A stretch of 63,970 nucleotides of DNA, counting the filler, from Caldilineae bacterium (lineage in GTDB: Bacteria; Chloroflexota; Anaerolineae; DTLA01): NCBI GenBank assembly GCA_037446815.1. It is 4 parts of 4 records of this genome, joined end to end, with 100 filler letters (N's around TTAATTAATTAA, not from the genome) between each part and the next. Parts side by side here need not be neighbours in the genome. Positions count along the whole stretch, not along the records: positions 49,085 to 63,970 come from JBBIHX010000061.1; 3 more parts are not named here. One strand, written 5' to 3'. Shown in pieces: positions 49,085 to 58,553 of this stretch. A program made the translations under genes and the position numbers. The stretch's first letter is position 1. Every line of letters begins with the position of its first letter. The notes under the pieces are model-generated. The model was not told the origin of the DNA and did not search any database. It worked only from the letters and a program-made list of their open reading frames with translations.

Positions 49085-49449
49085 AGGGTGAGGGTGTATC
49101 GCCTGCGGCTCGTCGGCGTGGAGCGCGGGGCGCTGGTGGGGGTCGTTGAGGCGGTTCCAAGGCCCGTTGGCACCTCCTGTCATTCTGAGCGGCGCAGCCG
49201 CGAAGAATCTCGCCCCTCACCCCAGCCCTCTCCCGAAGGGTGAGGGTGTATCGCCTGCGGCTCGTCGGCGTGGAGCGCGGGGCGCTGGTGGCGGTCGTTG
49301 AGGCGGTTCCAAAGTCTGTTGGTGGCTGTCATTGCGAGGGCGCGGAGCGCCCGAAGCAATCTCCGGGGCGTGGGATTGCTTCGCTTCGCTCGCAATGACA
49401 CACGAGGAGAGTGCGCCTACGGTTCGCCAACACAAGGTGGAACCGAATG
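49085..49449 (+). mobile_element. Tandem MITE array (B-like units then variant A at 49300-49449)
   Basis: ~75-bp near-identical direct repeat 49085-49160 / 49237-49312; variant left ends GAGGCGGTTCC. Confidence 0.8.
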
Positions 49450-49464
49450 GGGGCGTTGAGGCGA

Positions 49465-49494
49465 TTGACAGCGGCGCACAGCGCACACTATAAT
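49465..49494 (+). promoter_or_regulatory. sigma70-type promoter
   Basis: TTGACA-18 nt-TATAAT. Confidence 0.75.
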
Positions 49495-49536
49495 TGCGGC
49501 GAACGGCCCACCGGACATTGTGGAAGGGAGTTTCGC

Positions 49537-49986
49537 ATGACTCTGCAAGAAAGAATCATGAACGACATGAAGGAGGCGCTCCGCTCGGGGGATGAACTGC
49601 GCAAGTCCACCCTGCGGATGCTGCGCTCGGCCATCGGGTACAAAGAAGTGGAAGTGCAACACCCCCTGTCCGATGACGAGGTTCTGGACGTCATCGCCAA
49701 GCAGGTCAAGCAGCGGCAGGACTCCATTGCCGAGTACGCGAAAGGGGGCCGCCAAGACCTGGTGGACCAGGAAAAGGCGGAGATGGAGATTCTCATGGCC
49801 TATCTGCCGCAGCAACTCACCCGCGACGAGATTGAGTCCCTGGCGCGCGCGGCCATCCAGAAACTCGGCGTTACCGACATCAAACAGCAGGGCCTGGTGA
49901 TGAAGGAACTCATGCCCCAGGTAAAGGGGCGCGCCGACGGCAAACTCGTCAACGAAGTCGTGCGCCAGTTGCTCGGCGGGGGATGA
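49537..49986 (+). CDS. GatB/YqeY domain protein
   Basis: DMKEA..., KQVKQRQDSI..Y..GGRQDL...E..E..IL..YLP.QL, GRADGK. Confidence 0.93.
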   Translation: MTLQERIMNDMKEALRSGDELRKSTLRMLRSAIGYKEVEVQHPLSDDEVLDVIAKQVKQRQDSIAEYAKGGRQDLVDQEKAEMEILMAYLPQQLTRDEIESLARAAIQKLGVTDIKQQGLVMKELMPQVKGRADGKLVNEVVRQLLGGG

Positions 49987-50007
49987 TGGGAGCCCGTTGA
50001 CCGGCAT

Positions 50008-52128
50008 ATGACCACCCATGCAGCGCCTACCGAAACCGCAAACGGTCACGTGCACTCCCACCGCGGGACGCTCGTCCTGCGCGGCGTGGTGTGGGGGATT
50101 GCGTTTTGCGCGCTGTTGAGCCTGCTGCTCATCTTTGAGTTGATCCCCGTGGGGCGGGTGGAACTACAGGTCGGGCAGGTGAGTCCTGTGGACATCCGCG
50201 CGCCCCGACAGATTACCTTCGTCAGCCAGACGCTGACGGAGAAAGCGCGCGCCCAGGCGGAGCAAGCCGTCCGCGACATCTACGACCCGCCCGACGCCAA
50301 AATCGGCCGCCAGCAAACCGTCCGCCTGCGCCAGATTCTGGACTTCATCACCTCGGTGCGGAGCGACCCCTACGCTTCCCACGACGACAAGGTGCGCGCG
50401 CTGCTTTCCATCTCCGACCTTGCTCTGACGGAGGACCTGGCGACCCTTATCCTGTCCCTGTCGGGGGCGGAGTGGGAGGCCACGGCAGCGGAGGCCGAGC
50501 GGGTGCTGGACAGCGTCATGCGCGAGGCCATCCGCCCGTCTGACGTGAGCGAGATGAAGGGGCGGGTTCCGGCCCTGGTGCGCCTCACGCTGACCGAGAC
50601 GGAGACGCAGGCCGTGGTAGCCCTCGTCCAGAACCTTGTCAAGGCGAATACCTTCCTGAACACCAAGGAGACGCAGAACGCGCGGCTACAGGCCCGCGAG
50701 AACGTTGAGCCTGTGGCGATGACCGTGGAGCAGGGGCAGGCCATCGTGCGCGAGGGAGACCTGGTAGAGCCGCTGGACATGGAAATCCTGGAGGCGCTGG
50801 GGCTGCTGCGCCCGCAGATTGACTGGCGGGATGTGGTCGGCAACACGCTGCTGGCGACGCTCACCACCGTCCTGCTGGGCACGTACCTTGCGGCGCGCGC
50901 CCGCGGCCTCTGGAACGATGACCGCCATCTGCTGGTAACGTCGGCGCTGTTCCTCATCTTCGCGGCGGGGGCGCGCCTGATGGTGCCCGGTCACACCGTG
51001 CTGCCGTACCTGTTCCCCGGCGCGGCGATGGGCCTCATCATCAGCACGCTGTTTGACATGCAGGCCGCGGTCTTCGCGTCGGCGCTGTTGAGCGTGCTCG
51101 TGGGGGCCATCGGCGGCGGGAATCTGGAACTCGCCGTCTACGTCTTCGCGGGGTCGGTCGCGGCGATCCTGGCCGCCCAGCGGGTGGAGCGGCTGAGCGT
51201 CTTCGTCTTCGCGGGCATGTTGGCCACGCTGGCAAACTGGCTGACGGTTCTGGCGTTCCGCCTGCCGGGCCAGCAGTACGACTGGATCGGGCTGGCGACG
51301 CTGTTCGGCGCGGGCCTCCTGAACGGCGGCGTCGCGTCCATGCTGGCCCTCCTGGGCTATTTCGCGCTGGGCAACCTGCTGGACATCCCGACGACCCTGC
51401 GCCTTGTGGACCTGGCGCGCCCCACCCATCCGCTGATGCGCCAACTCCTGCTCAAAGCGCCCGGGACGTACCACCATAGCATCCTCGTGAGCAACCTGGC
51501 CGAAGAGGCGGCGGAGCGCATCGGCGCCGACCCGCTCCTGGCGCGCGTTGGGGCCTACTACCACGACATCGGCAAGACCCTGCGCCCGTACTTCTTCGTG
51601 GACAATCAGACCAACGGCCAGAATGTGCACGATCGGCTAGACCCCGAGACCAGCGCCCACATCATCGTGAGCCACGTCAAGGATGGCATAGACCTGGCGA
51701 GGAAATACGACTTGCCCGAGCGCATCGTGGACTTCATCGCCGAGCATCATGGCACGGGCCTGGCAACGTATTTCTACCAGCGGGCGCAAGAATCGGCAGG
51801 CGAGGGGAAGGCCAATCCCGACCCGGCGCGCTTCCAGTACCCCGGCCCCAAGCCGCGCAGCAAGGAGACGGCCATCCTCATGTTGGCCGACGCCTGCGAG
51901 GCTGCCGTCCGCAGTTTGCGCCCCGCCACGGGCGAGGAGATTGAGGCCATCGTCCACAAACTCATCGTGGAGCGGATGGAGGATGGCCAACTGGACGACA
52001 GCAACCTGACCCTGCGCGACCTGGGCGAGATTCAGGCCGCGTTCACGGCCACGCTACAGGGCGTGTTCCACCCTCGGGTTCGGTACCCCGGCCAAGAGCA
52101 GAAAGGCAGGGAGGAGAATGGCGATTGA
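50008..52128 (+). CDS. 7TM-HDIG phosphohydrolase (PgpH-like)
   Basis: 7TM region; APGTYHHS, YYHDIGK, EHHGT, YPGPKP, MLAD..EA. Confidence 0.92.
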   Translation: MTTHAAPTETANGHVHSHRGTLVLRGVVWGIAFCALLSLLLIFELIPVGRVELQVGQVSPVDIRAPRQITFVSQTLTEKARAQAEQAVRDIYDPPDAKIGRQQTVRLRQILDFITSVRSDPYASHDDKVRALLSISDLALTEDLATLILSLSGAEWEATAAEAERVLDSVMREAIRPSDVSEMKGRVPALVRLTLTETETQAVVALVQNLVKANTFLNTKETQNARLQARENVEPVAMTVEQGQAIVREGDLVEPLDMEILEALGLLRPQIDWRDVVGNTLLATLTTVLLGTYLAARARGLWNDDRHLLVTSALFLIFAAGARLMVPGHTVLPYLFPGAAMGLIISTLFDMQAAVFASALLSVLVGAIGGGNLELAVYVFAGSVAAILAAQRVERLSVFVFAGMLATLANWLTVLAFRLPGQQYDWIGLATLFGAGLLNGGVASMLALLGYFALGNLLDIPTTLRLVDLARPTHPLMRQLLLKAPGTYHHSILVSNLAEEAAERIGADPLLARVGAYYHDIGKTLRPYFFVDNQTNGQNVHDRLDPETSAHIIVSHVKDGIDLARKYDLPERIVDFIAEHHGTGLATYFYQRAQESAGEGKANPDPARFQYPGPKPRSKETAILMLADACEAAVRSLRPATGEEIEAIVHKLIVERMEDGQLDDSNLTLRDLGEIQAAFTATLQGVFHPRVRYPGQEQKGREENGD

Positions 52129-52567
52129 TGTTCAGGTAGCGCCGGCTTTGCGCCGCAAGGTGCAGAAGGCCGAGATTCGGAGATGGGCCGAGACCGCCAT
52201 GCGCGCCGAGGGGCTGACCGAGTTGCCCGACATGGCCGTCGTCATCACCGACGACGAGAGCATCCAGGCGCTCAACCGCGACTTTCGGGGGCTGGATGAA
52301 CCCACCGACGTGCTGGCCTTTGGCGAGGAGAAGCCCGGGCCCTTTGTGCTGGCGCCCGGCGAACCGGCCTATCTCGGCGATATTGTCATCTCGCTGGAGC
52401 GGGCCGAGGCCCAGGCCCACGAGCGGGGCATCCCGGTCAAGTCGGAACTGCAACTGCTGTTGGTGCATGGCATCCTCCATCTCCTCGGCTACGACCACCA
52501 TACGGACGAGGCCAAGCGCCAGATGTGGGAACGCCAGGCCGCCATCCTGGATATGCTACTGGAGTGA
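52118..52567 (+). CDS. ybeY: rRNA maturation RNase YbeY
   Basis: LN..FRG.D.PTDVL, LGDIVIS, HGILHLLGYDH. Confidence 0.96.
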   Translation: MAIDVQVAPALRRKVQKAEIRRWAETAMRAEGLTELPDMAVVITDDESIQALNRDFRGLDEPTDVLAFGEEKPGPFVLAPGEPAYLGDIVISLERAEAQAHERGIPVKSELQLLLVHGILHLLGYDHHTDEAKRQMWERQAAILDMLLE

Positions 52568-52577
52568 GGGCCGCAAC

Positions 52578-52946
52578 GTGAAGAATCAGAACATGGCGCG
52601 GAGTTTCGCCAACGCCTTCGCGGGCCTGTGGGCCGTGTGGCGATCGCAGCGCAACGCCCGCATTGAGGTGGGCATCGCCCTGGGGGTAATCGTCCTGGGC
52701 CTCATCGTTGGGCTGCCCGCGTCGGATTGGGCCATCCTTGTCCTGACCATTGGGCTGGTGCTGGCCGCCGAGTGCTTCAACTCGGCCTTGGAGGCGCTGG
52801 TGGACCTGGCGCATCCGGGCTACCACGCGCTGGCAAAATTGGCCAAGGACACGTCAGCGGGCGCCGTTTTGCTGTTATCCGTCATCTCGGTTATTATTGG
52901 GCTGCTTGTCCTCGGGCCGCCGCTGCTGGAGCGCATCGTCCGCTAG
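52578..52946 (+). CDS. dgkA: Diacylglycerol/undecaprenol kinase
   Basis: SF..AF.G, E..NSALE..VD, AKD..AGAV. Confidence 0.9.
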   Translation: MKNQNMARSFANAFAGLWAVWRSQRNARIEVGIALGVIVLGLIVGLPASDWAILVLTIGLVLAAECFNSALEALVDLAHPGYHALAKLAKDTSAGAVLLLSVISVIIGLLVLGPPLLERIVR

Positions 52947-53031
52947 GGCTTCCCGGCGCCCTGCGACCCGTGTCGGCGCGTCCGAATATCCGATTCCCTG
53001 CGATCTCGCAGCGTGAACAAGGAGGTCTTGC

Positions 53032-54537
53032 GTGAACATTGAAGTCAAGCGTGGAGCCATCCAAGAGGAACAGACCGAACTCATTGTGGTCAACCTGTTT
53101 GAGGATGTAACGGAACCCGGCGGGGCCACGGGCGCGGTGGACAAGGCCCTCGGCGGGCAAATCTCCGACCTCATCGCGTCGGGGGACTTCAAGGGGAAAC
53201 TCAACGATACCGCGCTCCTGTACACCCGCGGAGCCATCCCCGCGAAGCGCGTCCTCATCGTCGGCCTGGGGAAGAAAGAGCAATTTGATCTGGACAAGGT
53301 TCGGCAGGTGTCGGCCACGGCGGCGCGGAAAGCGCACGCGCTGGGCATTACCCAGTACGCCACCATCCTGCACGGCGCGGGCGCTGCCGGCCTGGATGCC
53401 GCCCAGGCTGCCCAGGCCCTGGCCGAGGGGACCATCCTGTCCCAGTATCGTTTTACCCAGCACATGACCGAGAAAAAGGATTCGGAGACCGCGCGCGACC
53501 TGGAGAAAGTCTCCATCGTCGTGATGGGCGACGAGACGGCCCAGGCGGCGAAGGAGGGGGCGGCGGCAGGCGTGCAGATCGCAGAAGCGGTGAACTGGGC
53601 GCGAGACCTGGTGAACCAGCCCGCCAACTATGCCACCCCTTCCATTCTGGCCGACGAGGCACGCCGCATGGCGAAGACCTACGGCCTCAAGTTCCAGGCG
53701 CTGGGCCCGGCGGAGATGCGCACCCTGGGCATGGGCGCGTTGCTGGGCGTGGCGCAGGGCAGCGCCCAGGAGCCGCGCTTCATCATCCTGGAGCACAACG
53801 GGCGGAGCGACGACCCATCGCCTATCGTGCTCATCGGCAAGGGGCTGACCTTTGACAGCGGCGGCATCTCCATCAAGCCGAGCGATGGGATGGAGAAGAT
53901 GAAGGGCGACATGGCCGGCGCTGCCGCCGTGTTCGGAGCGTTGCGCGCCGCCGCCGCGCTGAAGATCCCGCGCCACGTGGTGGGCCTGGTACCGGCCACC
54001 GAAAACCTGCCCAGCGGCACCGCCTACAAGCCCGGCGATGTGCTCAAGGCCATCACCGGCAAGACGATAGAAGTCATCAGCACCGATGCCGAAGGCCGCC
54101 TCATCCTGGCCGATGCCCTAGGATACGCGCAGCGGTATCAGCCCGCGGGGGTTGTGGACCTGGCGACGCTCACCGGTGCGTGCGTCGTGGCGCTGGGGAC
54201 CGTGGCGGCCGGCCTGTTCTCCAACGACGACACCCTCGCCGCCCGCATTGAGGCCGCAGCCAAGGCGACCAATGAGAAGGTCTGGCGCATGCCTCTGTGG
54301 GATGAGTACGCCGAGCAAATCAAGAGCGACGTGGCCGATGTGAAGAACACGGGCGGACGGCCGGCGGGTTCCATCACGGCGGCCAAGTTCCTGGAGAAGT
54401 TCGCCGAGAACATGCCGTGGGCGCACCTGGACATCGCAGGCCCCGCCGCGACCGAGAAGGATGCGCCGTACCAGCCGAAAGGCGGCACGGGGTTCGGCGT
54501 GCGCCTCTTGGTGCAGATGCTGCGGGACTGGAAGTAA
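53032..54537 (+). CDS. pepA: Leucyl aminopeptidase (M17)
   Basis: GKGLTFDSGG, MKGDMAG, STDAEGRL, DLATLTGA, HLDIAG. Confidence 0.96.
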   Translation: MNIEVKRGAIQEEQTELIVVNLFEDVTEPGGATGAVDKALGGQISDLIASGDFKGKLNDTALLYTRGAIPAKRVLIVGLGKKEQFDLDKVRQVSATAARKAHALGITQYATILHGAGAAGLDAAQAAQALAEGTILSQYRFTQHMTEKKDSETARDLEKVSIVVMGDETAQAAKEGAAAGVQIAEAVNWARDLVNQPANYATPSILADEARRMAKTYGLKFQALGPAEMRTLGMGALLGVAQGSAQEPRFIILEHNGRSDDPSPIVLIGKGLTFDSGGISIKPSDGMEKMKGDMAGAAAVFGALRAAAALKIPRHVVGLVPATENLPSGTAYKPGDVLKAITGKTIEVISTDAEGRLILADALGYAQRYQPAGVVDLATLTGACVVALGTVAAGLFSNDDTLAARIEAAAKATNEKVWRMPLWDEYAEQIKSDVADVKNTGGRPAGSITAAKFLEKFAENMPWAHLDIAGPAATEKDAPYQPKGGTGFGVRLLVQMLRDWK

Positions 54538-54613
54538 CCCCTCTGCCCGCACACGAGGGATGAATAGGGAGCAGGGACGGATAGCCGTTCCTGCTCCCTT
54601 GATTTTCGTGCTT

Positions 54614-54880
54614 CTACTGCGATCGGCGCAGGAGGCGCAAGAAGTATTGCGCCAGGAGCAACGCCAGCGCCACGCCCGAGGCCGATAGTATCCAGACGAG
54701 CCGCCTGGGCCGCGGCCGCGTGCGCACCTCACACGCGCCGCCGCCGGCCGTGGCCAGCAGCACCTGCCGCAGGCGCTCTCGGAATGCCGCGCCGGGTTGC
54801 ACCGGCGTCAGCAGGCGCTGTACGTCTTTTTCCATGTTTGCCAGAATGCCGCCCGTTTCCGTGTGTTCGCGTACTGTCAT
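54614..54880 (-). CDS. Small single-TM protein, possible anti-sigma-like factor
   Basis: PVQP..AFRERLR..L then one TM helix; last gene after ECF sigma and DegV. Confidence 0.55.
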   Translation of the reverse strand: MTVREHTETGGILANMEKDVQRLLTPVQPGAAFRERLRQVLLATAGGGACEVRTRPRPRRLVWILSASGVALALLLAQYFLRLLRRSQ

Positions 54881-54914
54881 AGACCTTCACGTCGGCGTAG
54901 GCGCTCTCTCCGGC

Positions 54915-55760
54915 CTACGCGCCATACGACACGATACCCAAAAGCCCCGGCCCGCCATGCACCGCCAGGACGGTGGGGGCCTCCAGCAGAAATGCCACTT
55001 TCTCGCCAATGAGTTGTTCCAGGCGTTCCTTGACCTGTCGCGCGTCCTCCAGCGCGCCCGCGTGAATCACGGCAATCTGGCGCTCGCGCGCGTTCTGGAG
55101 CGCCTCGGCGGTTGCCTGGATGAGCGCGTCCAGCGAGCGGGCGCGGGTGCGCACCTTGCCGATGAGCCCCAGGGTGCCATCGCGCACGGCCATCACCGGC
55201 TTGATGTCCAGCACGGTCGCCAGCGCGCCCGTTACCCAGCCCAGCCTCCCGCTCATTTGGAGATACCGAACCGTGGACACGGTGGCGAAAGTGTGAATCT
55301 TCTCGCGCATGGCGTGCACGGTGGCTAGGATTTCGTCCTTGCTGAAGCCCTGTTTGGCCATCTGGGCCGCTCGGATGACGAGGTAGCCCGTGCCTATGGA
55401 GATGCCCCTGGAGTCCACGATTTCAATGTCCATGTCGGGGAACATAGAGGCGGCGAGGGCCGCGGACTGGCACGTGCCGCTGTGCTGACTGGTGATGTGG
55501 ATGGAGATGATGGTTGAGGCGATGCCGCGCAGCCGCTCGTACACTTCGGCGAAACGGCCAGGCGCGGGTTGGGACGTCCGCGCGACAATGCCCTGTTGCA
55601 TCTTCGCGTACAGTTCCTCCGGCGGCATGGCGCCGTCGTCCATCGTCTGGTCGCCCACGGTCAGGCTGATGGGCACAATCTCAATGTCCAGTTCTTTCGC
55701 CACCTCGGGCGGGATGGTGGATGCGCTATCCGTTACAATCCGAATCTCACTCTTGCTCAT
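54915..55760 (-). CDS. DegV-family fatty acid-binding protein
   Basis: IVTDS, TSQP.PG, SGT..SA, VDS, SGRL, IKP, HGGPG. Confidence 0.93.
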   Translation of the reverse strand: MSKSEIRIVTDSASTIPPEVAKELDIEIVPISLTVGDQTMDDGAMPPEELYAKMQQGIVARTSQPAPGRFAEVYERLRGIASTIISIHITSQHSGTCQSAALAASMFPDMDIEIVDSRGISIGTGYLVIRAAQMAKQGFSKDEILATVHAMREKIHTFATVSTVRYLQMSGRLGWVTGALATVLDIKPVMAVRDGTLGLIGKVRTRARSLDALIQATAEALQNARERQIAVIHAGALEDARQVKERLEQLIGEKVAFLLEAPTVLAVHGGPGLLGIVSYGA

Positions 55761-56358
55761 CGGCGAGGAGACCTCCTGAATCTAGTTTATCGTACAATTC
55801 CCGCAGAGAGAGAAGCGTCCGATGATAGAGCGATTTGATGGCCCCCTCGCTGCGTCCCATAATCTTGCCGATTTCGGCATTGGAAAGATGCTCTACGAAT
55901 TTGAGAATCAACAATTCCTGGCGTTCTGGCGGCAGGTTGCGGATGACCTGAAGCAACATCTCGGTGCGTTCCCGCTTTTCGGCAGCGCGCTCCGGCCCCT
56001 CGCCGACGGTCAGCGAGTGCAATTCGTCCAGCGAGACCATCTGGCGCTTGCCGCGATCGCGGTGCCAGTTCGCCACAAGATTGTGCGCGATGCGATACAG
56101 CCACGCCGAGAAGGGTAACCCGCGCTCCTCATAGTGGCGGATGTGCTGCATGGCGCGGTAGAAGGTCTTGGCCGTCAAGTCCTCCGCGTCCGCGTGATTG
56201 CCCGTTCGGTAGTAAACGTACGAGTAAATCCGATCTACATACCGTTCGTACAGAATCCCAAAGGCCTCCGGATCGGTTCTCGCCCGCTCAATCAGGCTGG
56301 CGTCGGATAGATGCTCCGTCTGTTGGTCCTGATTCACCGGGTCGCGTTTTCTAGTCAT
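55747..56358 (-). CDS. ECF-family RNA polymerase sigma factor
   Basis: AF..LYERY, AEDL, FSAWLYRIAHN, LS..EI..IMG.SEGAIKS. Confidence 0.93.
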   Translation of the reverse strand: MTRKRDPVNQDQQTEHLSDASLIERARTDPEAFGILYERYVDRIYSYVYYRTGNHADAEDLTAKTFYRAMQHIRHYEERGLPFSAWLYRIAHNLVANWHRDRGKRQMVSLDELHSLTVGEGPERAAEKRERTEMLLQVIRNLPPERQELLILKFVEHLSNAEIGKIMGRSEGAIKSLYHRTLLSLRELYDKLDSGGLLADEQE

Positions 56359-56569
56359 GAAAACACCATCTCCGAACGTTGGTTGCGCGGGTGTGTGCAT
56401 GTGGAGTATAGCACCAGGCAGCGCGAAACGGCAAACGGCAAAACCGCCGGACTCGGTTCGGAGGGGGCGGGACTCACCCCAGCCCATTTCGTGTAGAGTC
56501 GCGTTATTCGTGGATACCGCTCCGCGAGATGCTTCGCCTTCGGCTCAGCATGACAACGGGGTGGGAGAT

Positions 56570-56604
56570 AACGTGCGACGCACCTCCGAGGTGCGTCGCA
56601 CGCT
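56570..56604. repeat. 35-bp palindromic REP-like repeat
   Basis: AACGTGCGACGCACCTCCGAGGTGCGTCGCACGCT. Confidence 0.85.
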
Positions 56605-56818
56605 ACCCCTCACCCCAGCCCTCTCCCGGTGGGCGAGGGAGCGTCGCCCTCACCCCAGCGCTCTCCCGCCCCGGCGGGCAAGGGTGCGCCTATTGTCATT
56701 CCGCGGCGACGCGCCGAAGAATCTCGTGGAGCAAACTGGCAATTCGCTCTACTTCGCCTCATCCGTGCTATCCGCGGTGTACGGGCTACGGGCCGGTCGC
56801 CCGCACGTGCTTCTGCGC

Positions 56819-56968
56819 GATTCGGTTCCAAAGTCTGTTGGTGTTTGTCATTGCGAGGGCGCGGAGCGCCCGAAGCAATCCCTGGGGCGTGGGGTTGCTT
56901 CGCTTCGCTCGCAACGACACACGAGGAGAGTGCGCCTACGGTTCACCAACACAAGATGAGACCGACTC
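56819..56968 (+). mobile_element. MITE variant A (150 bp)
   Basis: Both TIRs; perfect flanks TTCTGCGC/TTCTGCGC. Confidence 0.92.
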
Positions 56969-57048
56969 TTCTGCGCGGCGGCCTTGCGCGCAACGCGTTC
57001 TCATGGTATGCTTCACACATCGGGATTCTCGCCGTGGCGGAGGGAAGT

Positions 57049-57453
57049 ATGAAAGCGATCATCCTGCGGCGGCTGCGCGTTGCGGCGCGTTCCATTGTCA
57101 TCGTGCTAGCCCTGGTGTGGCTCTGGTTCGGCGTTACGGCGGCGTGGGAGGAGGGCACGGTGCTCGCTTGGGTTCTGCATCTCCTGCTGCCCGGAGGCGT
57201 GTTGCTCATTACTCTCGCCGTGTCCGTCAAGTGGGAGCGGCTCGGCGCACTCCTGTTCATCGCCGAGGGCGTATTCTTCACCACGTGGGTGGTGTGGAGC
57301 GCCAGCATCAGCGAGGTTACCGAGTGGGGCCTGGTAGTCCTGCTGGGCATTCTGGGCATCCCGCTGCTCATCGCAGGCGCGCTGCTCTTGACGGCGGCGC
57401 GCTGGGAGGGGAGCGAAGACCAAGGCGAGGCGAAAGCAGAGGGAGAAGAGTAG
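57049..57453 (+). CDS. Hypothetical 4-TM membrane protein
   Basis: RBS GGAGG; hydrophobic helices; WE..G and P.L..G.L patterns. Confidence 0.7.
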   Translation: MKAIILRRLRVAARSIVIVLALVWLWFGVTAAWEEGTVLAWVLHLLLPGGVLLITLAVSVKWERLGALLFIAEGVFFTTWVVWSASISEVTEWGLVVLLGILGIPLLIAGALLLTAARWEGSEDQGEAKAEGEE

Positions 57454-57455
57454 GC

Positions 57456-58454
57456 ATGCACGCTCTTCTATTGGACATGCTCCAATGCCCCGCGTGCGCC
57501 GGGATATTGCAGTGGAAAATCACCGCGCGCGATGGCGAGCAGATAGAGCAGGCCGACATCCGATGCCTGCGCTGCGGCGCGACCTACTTCGTGCGGGAGG
57601 GCATCGGCGTCTTCCTGCCGCCAGACCTGCCGCGCAACGACCTGTGGGAGCAGACATCCACGGCCCTGGGCCGCTATCTGCAGGAGCACCCCGACATCGC
57701 ACGGCGACTGCTGGCCTCGCCGATTGAGACGCTGGCCCCAGCCGACCGCTTCTACCGCGCCCTTGCGCTGGAAGAGCGCGGCGACTTCGCAGACGCCAGG
57801 GCCGTGGCCGAGGCCGCGCTGCCCCTGCTGTACACGGCGGAGTACCTCGCGTGCCACGAAAGCCAGAAGCGTTGGCTGCTTGCATACCTGGCAGACAGGC
57901 CCGGCCCCATCGTGGACTTGGCGTCTGGGCGCGGCGACTTGGCGGAGCGCATGGCCCGCGAGTTGCGCCGCCCGGTCGTCGCCACCGACTTCAGCCTGCG
58001 GGTCTTGCGCCGCGACCGCCGGGCGCTGCAGATGGCGGGCCTGGGCGAGCAGGTCAGTCTCCTGGCCATGGACGCGCGCCGCACGCCGTTCAAGGACGGC
58101 GCGGTGGCCACCATGACGACCAACCTCGGCCTGCCCAACATTGAGAAACCGGGCGAGTTGTTGACCGAACTGCGGCGTGTGGTATCGGGCAAGTTCCTCG
58201 CCATCACACACTTCTACCCCGCGGACGACGAGGCGAACCTGCGCGTGCTGCGAGAGTTCGGCCTGGCCCCGTTGCTCGTCCACCAGGAGTTTCTCGCGTT
58301 GATGGCGCAGGCGGGGTGGCAGGTGCGGCTGGAGAACCTCCAGACGGGACGCGCGCTCCCAACACCCGCGTCCGAGTTGCTGGATGGTGCGCGCATAGAC
58401 GGGCTACCCGTGGCGGAGACGACCCTGGAGTGGTGTGTGGCGCGAGCGTGGTAG
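57456..58454 (+). CDS. SAM-dependent methyltransferase-like protein with N-terminal Trm112-like Zn finger
   Basis: LLDMLQCPAC...C..C...Y.VREGI; VDLASGRG, ATDFS, DARRTPF. Confidence 0.8.
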   Translation: MHALLLDMLQCPACAGILQWKITARDGEQIEQADIRCLRCGATYFVREGIGVFLPPDLPRNDLWEQTSTALGRYLQEHPDIARRLLASPIETLAPADRFYRALALEERGDFADARAVAEAALPLLYTAEYLACHESQKRWLLAYLADRPGPIVDLASGRGDLAERMARELRRPVVATDFSLRVLRRDRRALQMAGLGEQVSLLAMDARRTPFKDGAVATMTTNLGLPNIEKPGELLTELRRVVSGKFLAITHFYPADDEANLRVLREFGLAPLLVHQEFLALMAQAGWQVRLENLQTGRALPTPASELLDGARIDGLPVAETTLEWCVARAW

Positions 58455-58553
58455 CGGATTCGGCGCGCTCCGCGAACCTGCGCTGCGGGACACGGTCATC
58501 GGTTCGCGGAACGCACAAGCGCCCACGCGAAAGGCGTGGAGGGAGCGTGAGAC

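Noticed and set aside
49085..49312. Direct repeats as a possible CRISPR array
   Set aside because: Units are long MITE-derived sequence, with no unique spacers and no cas genes
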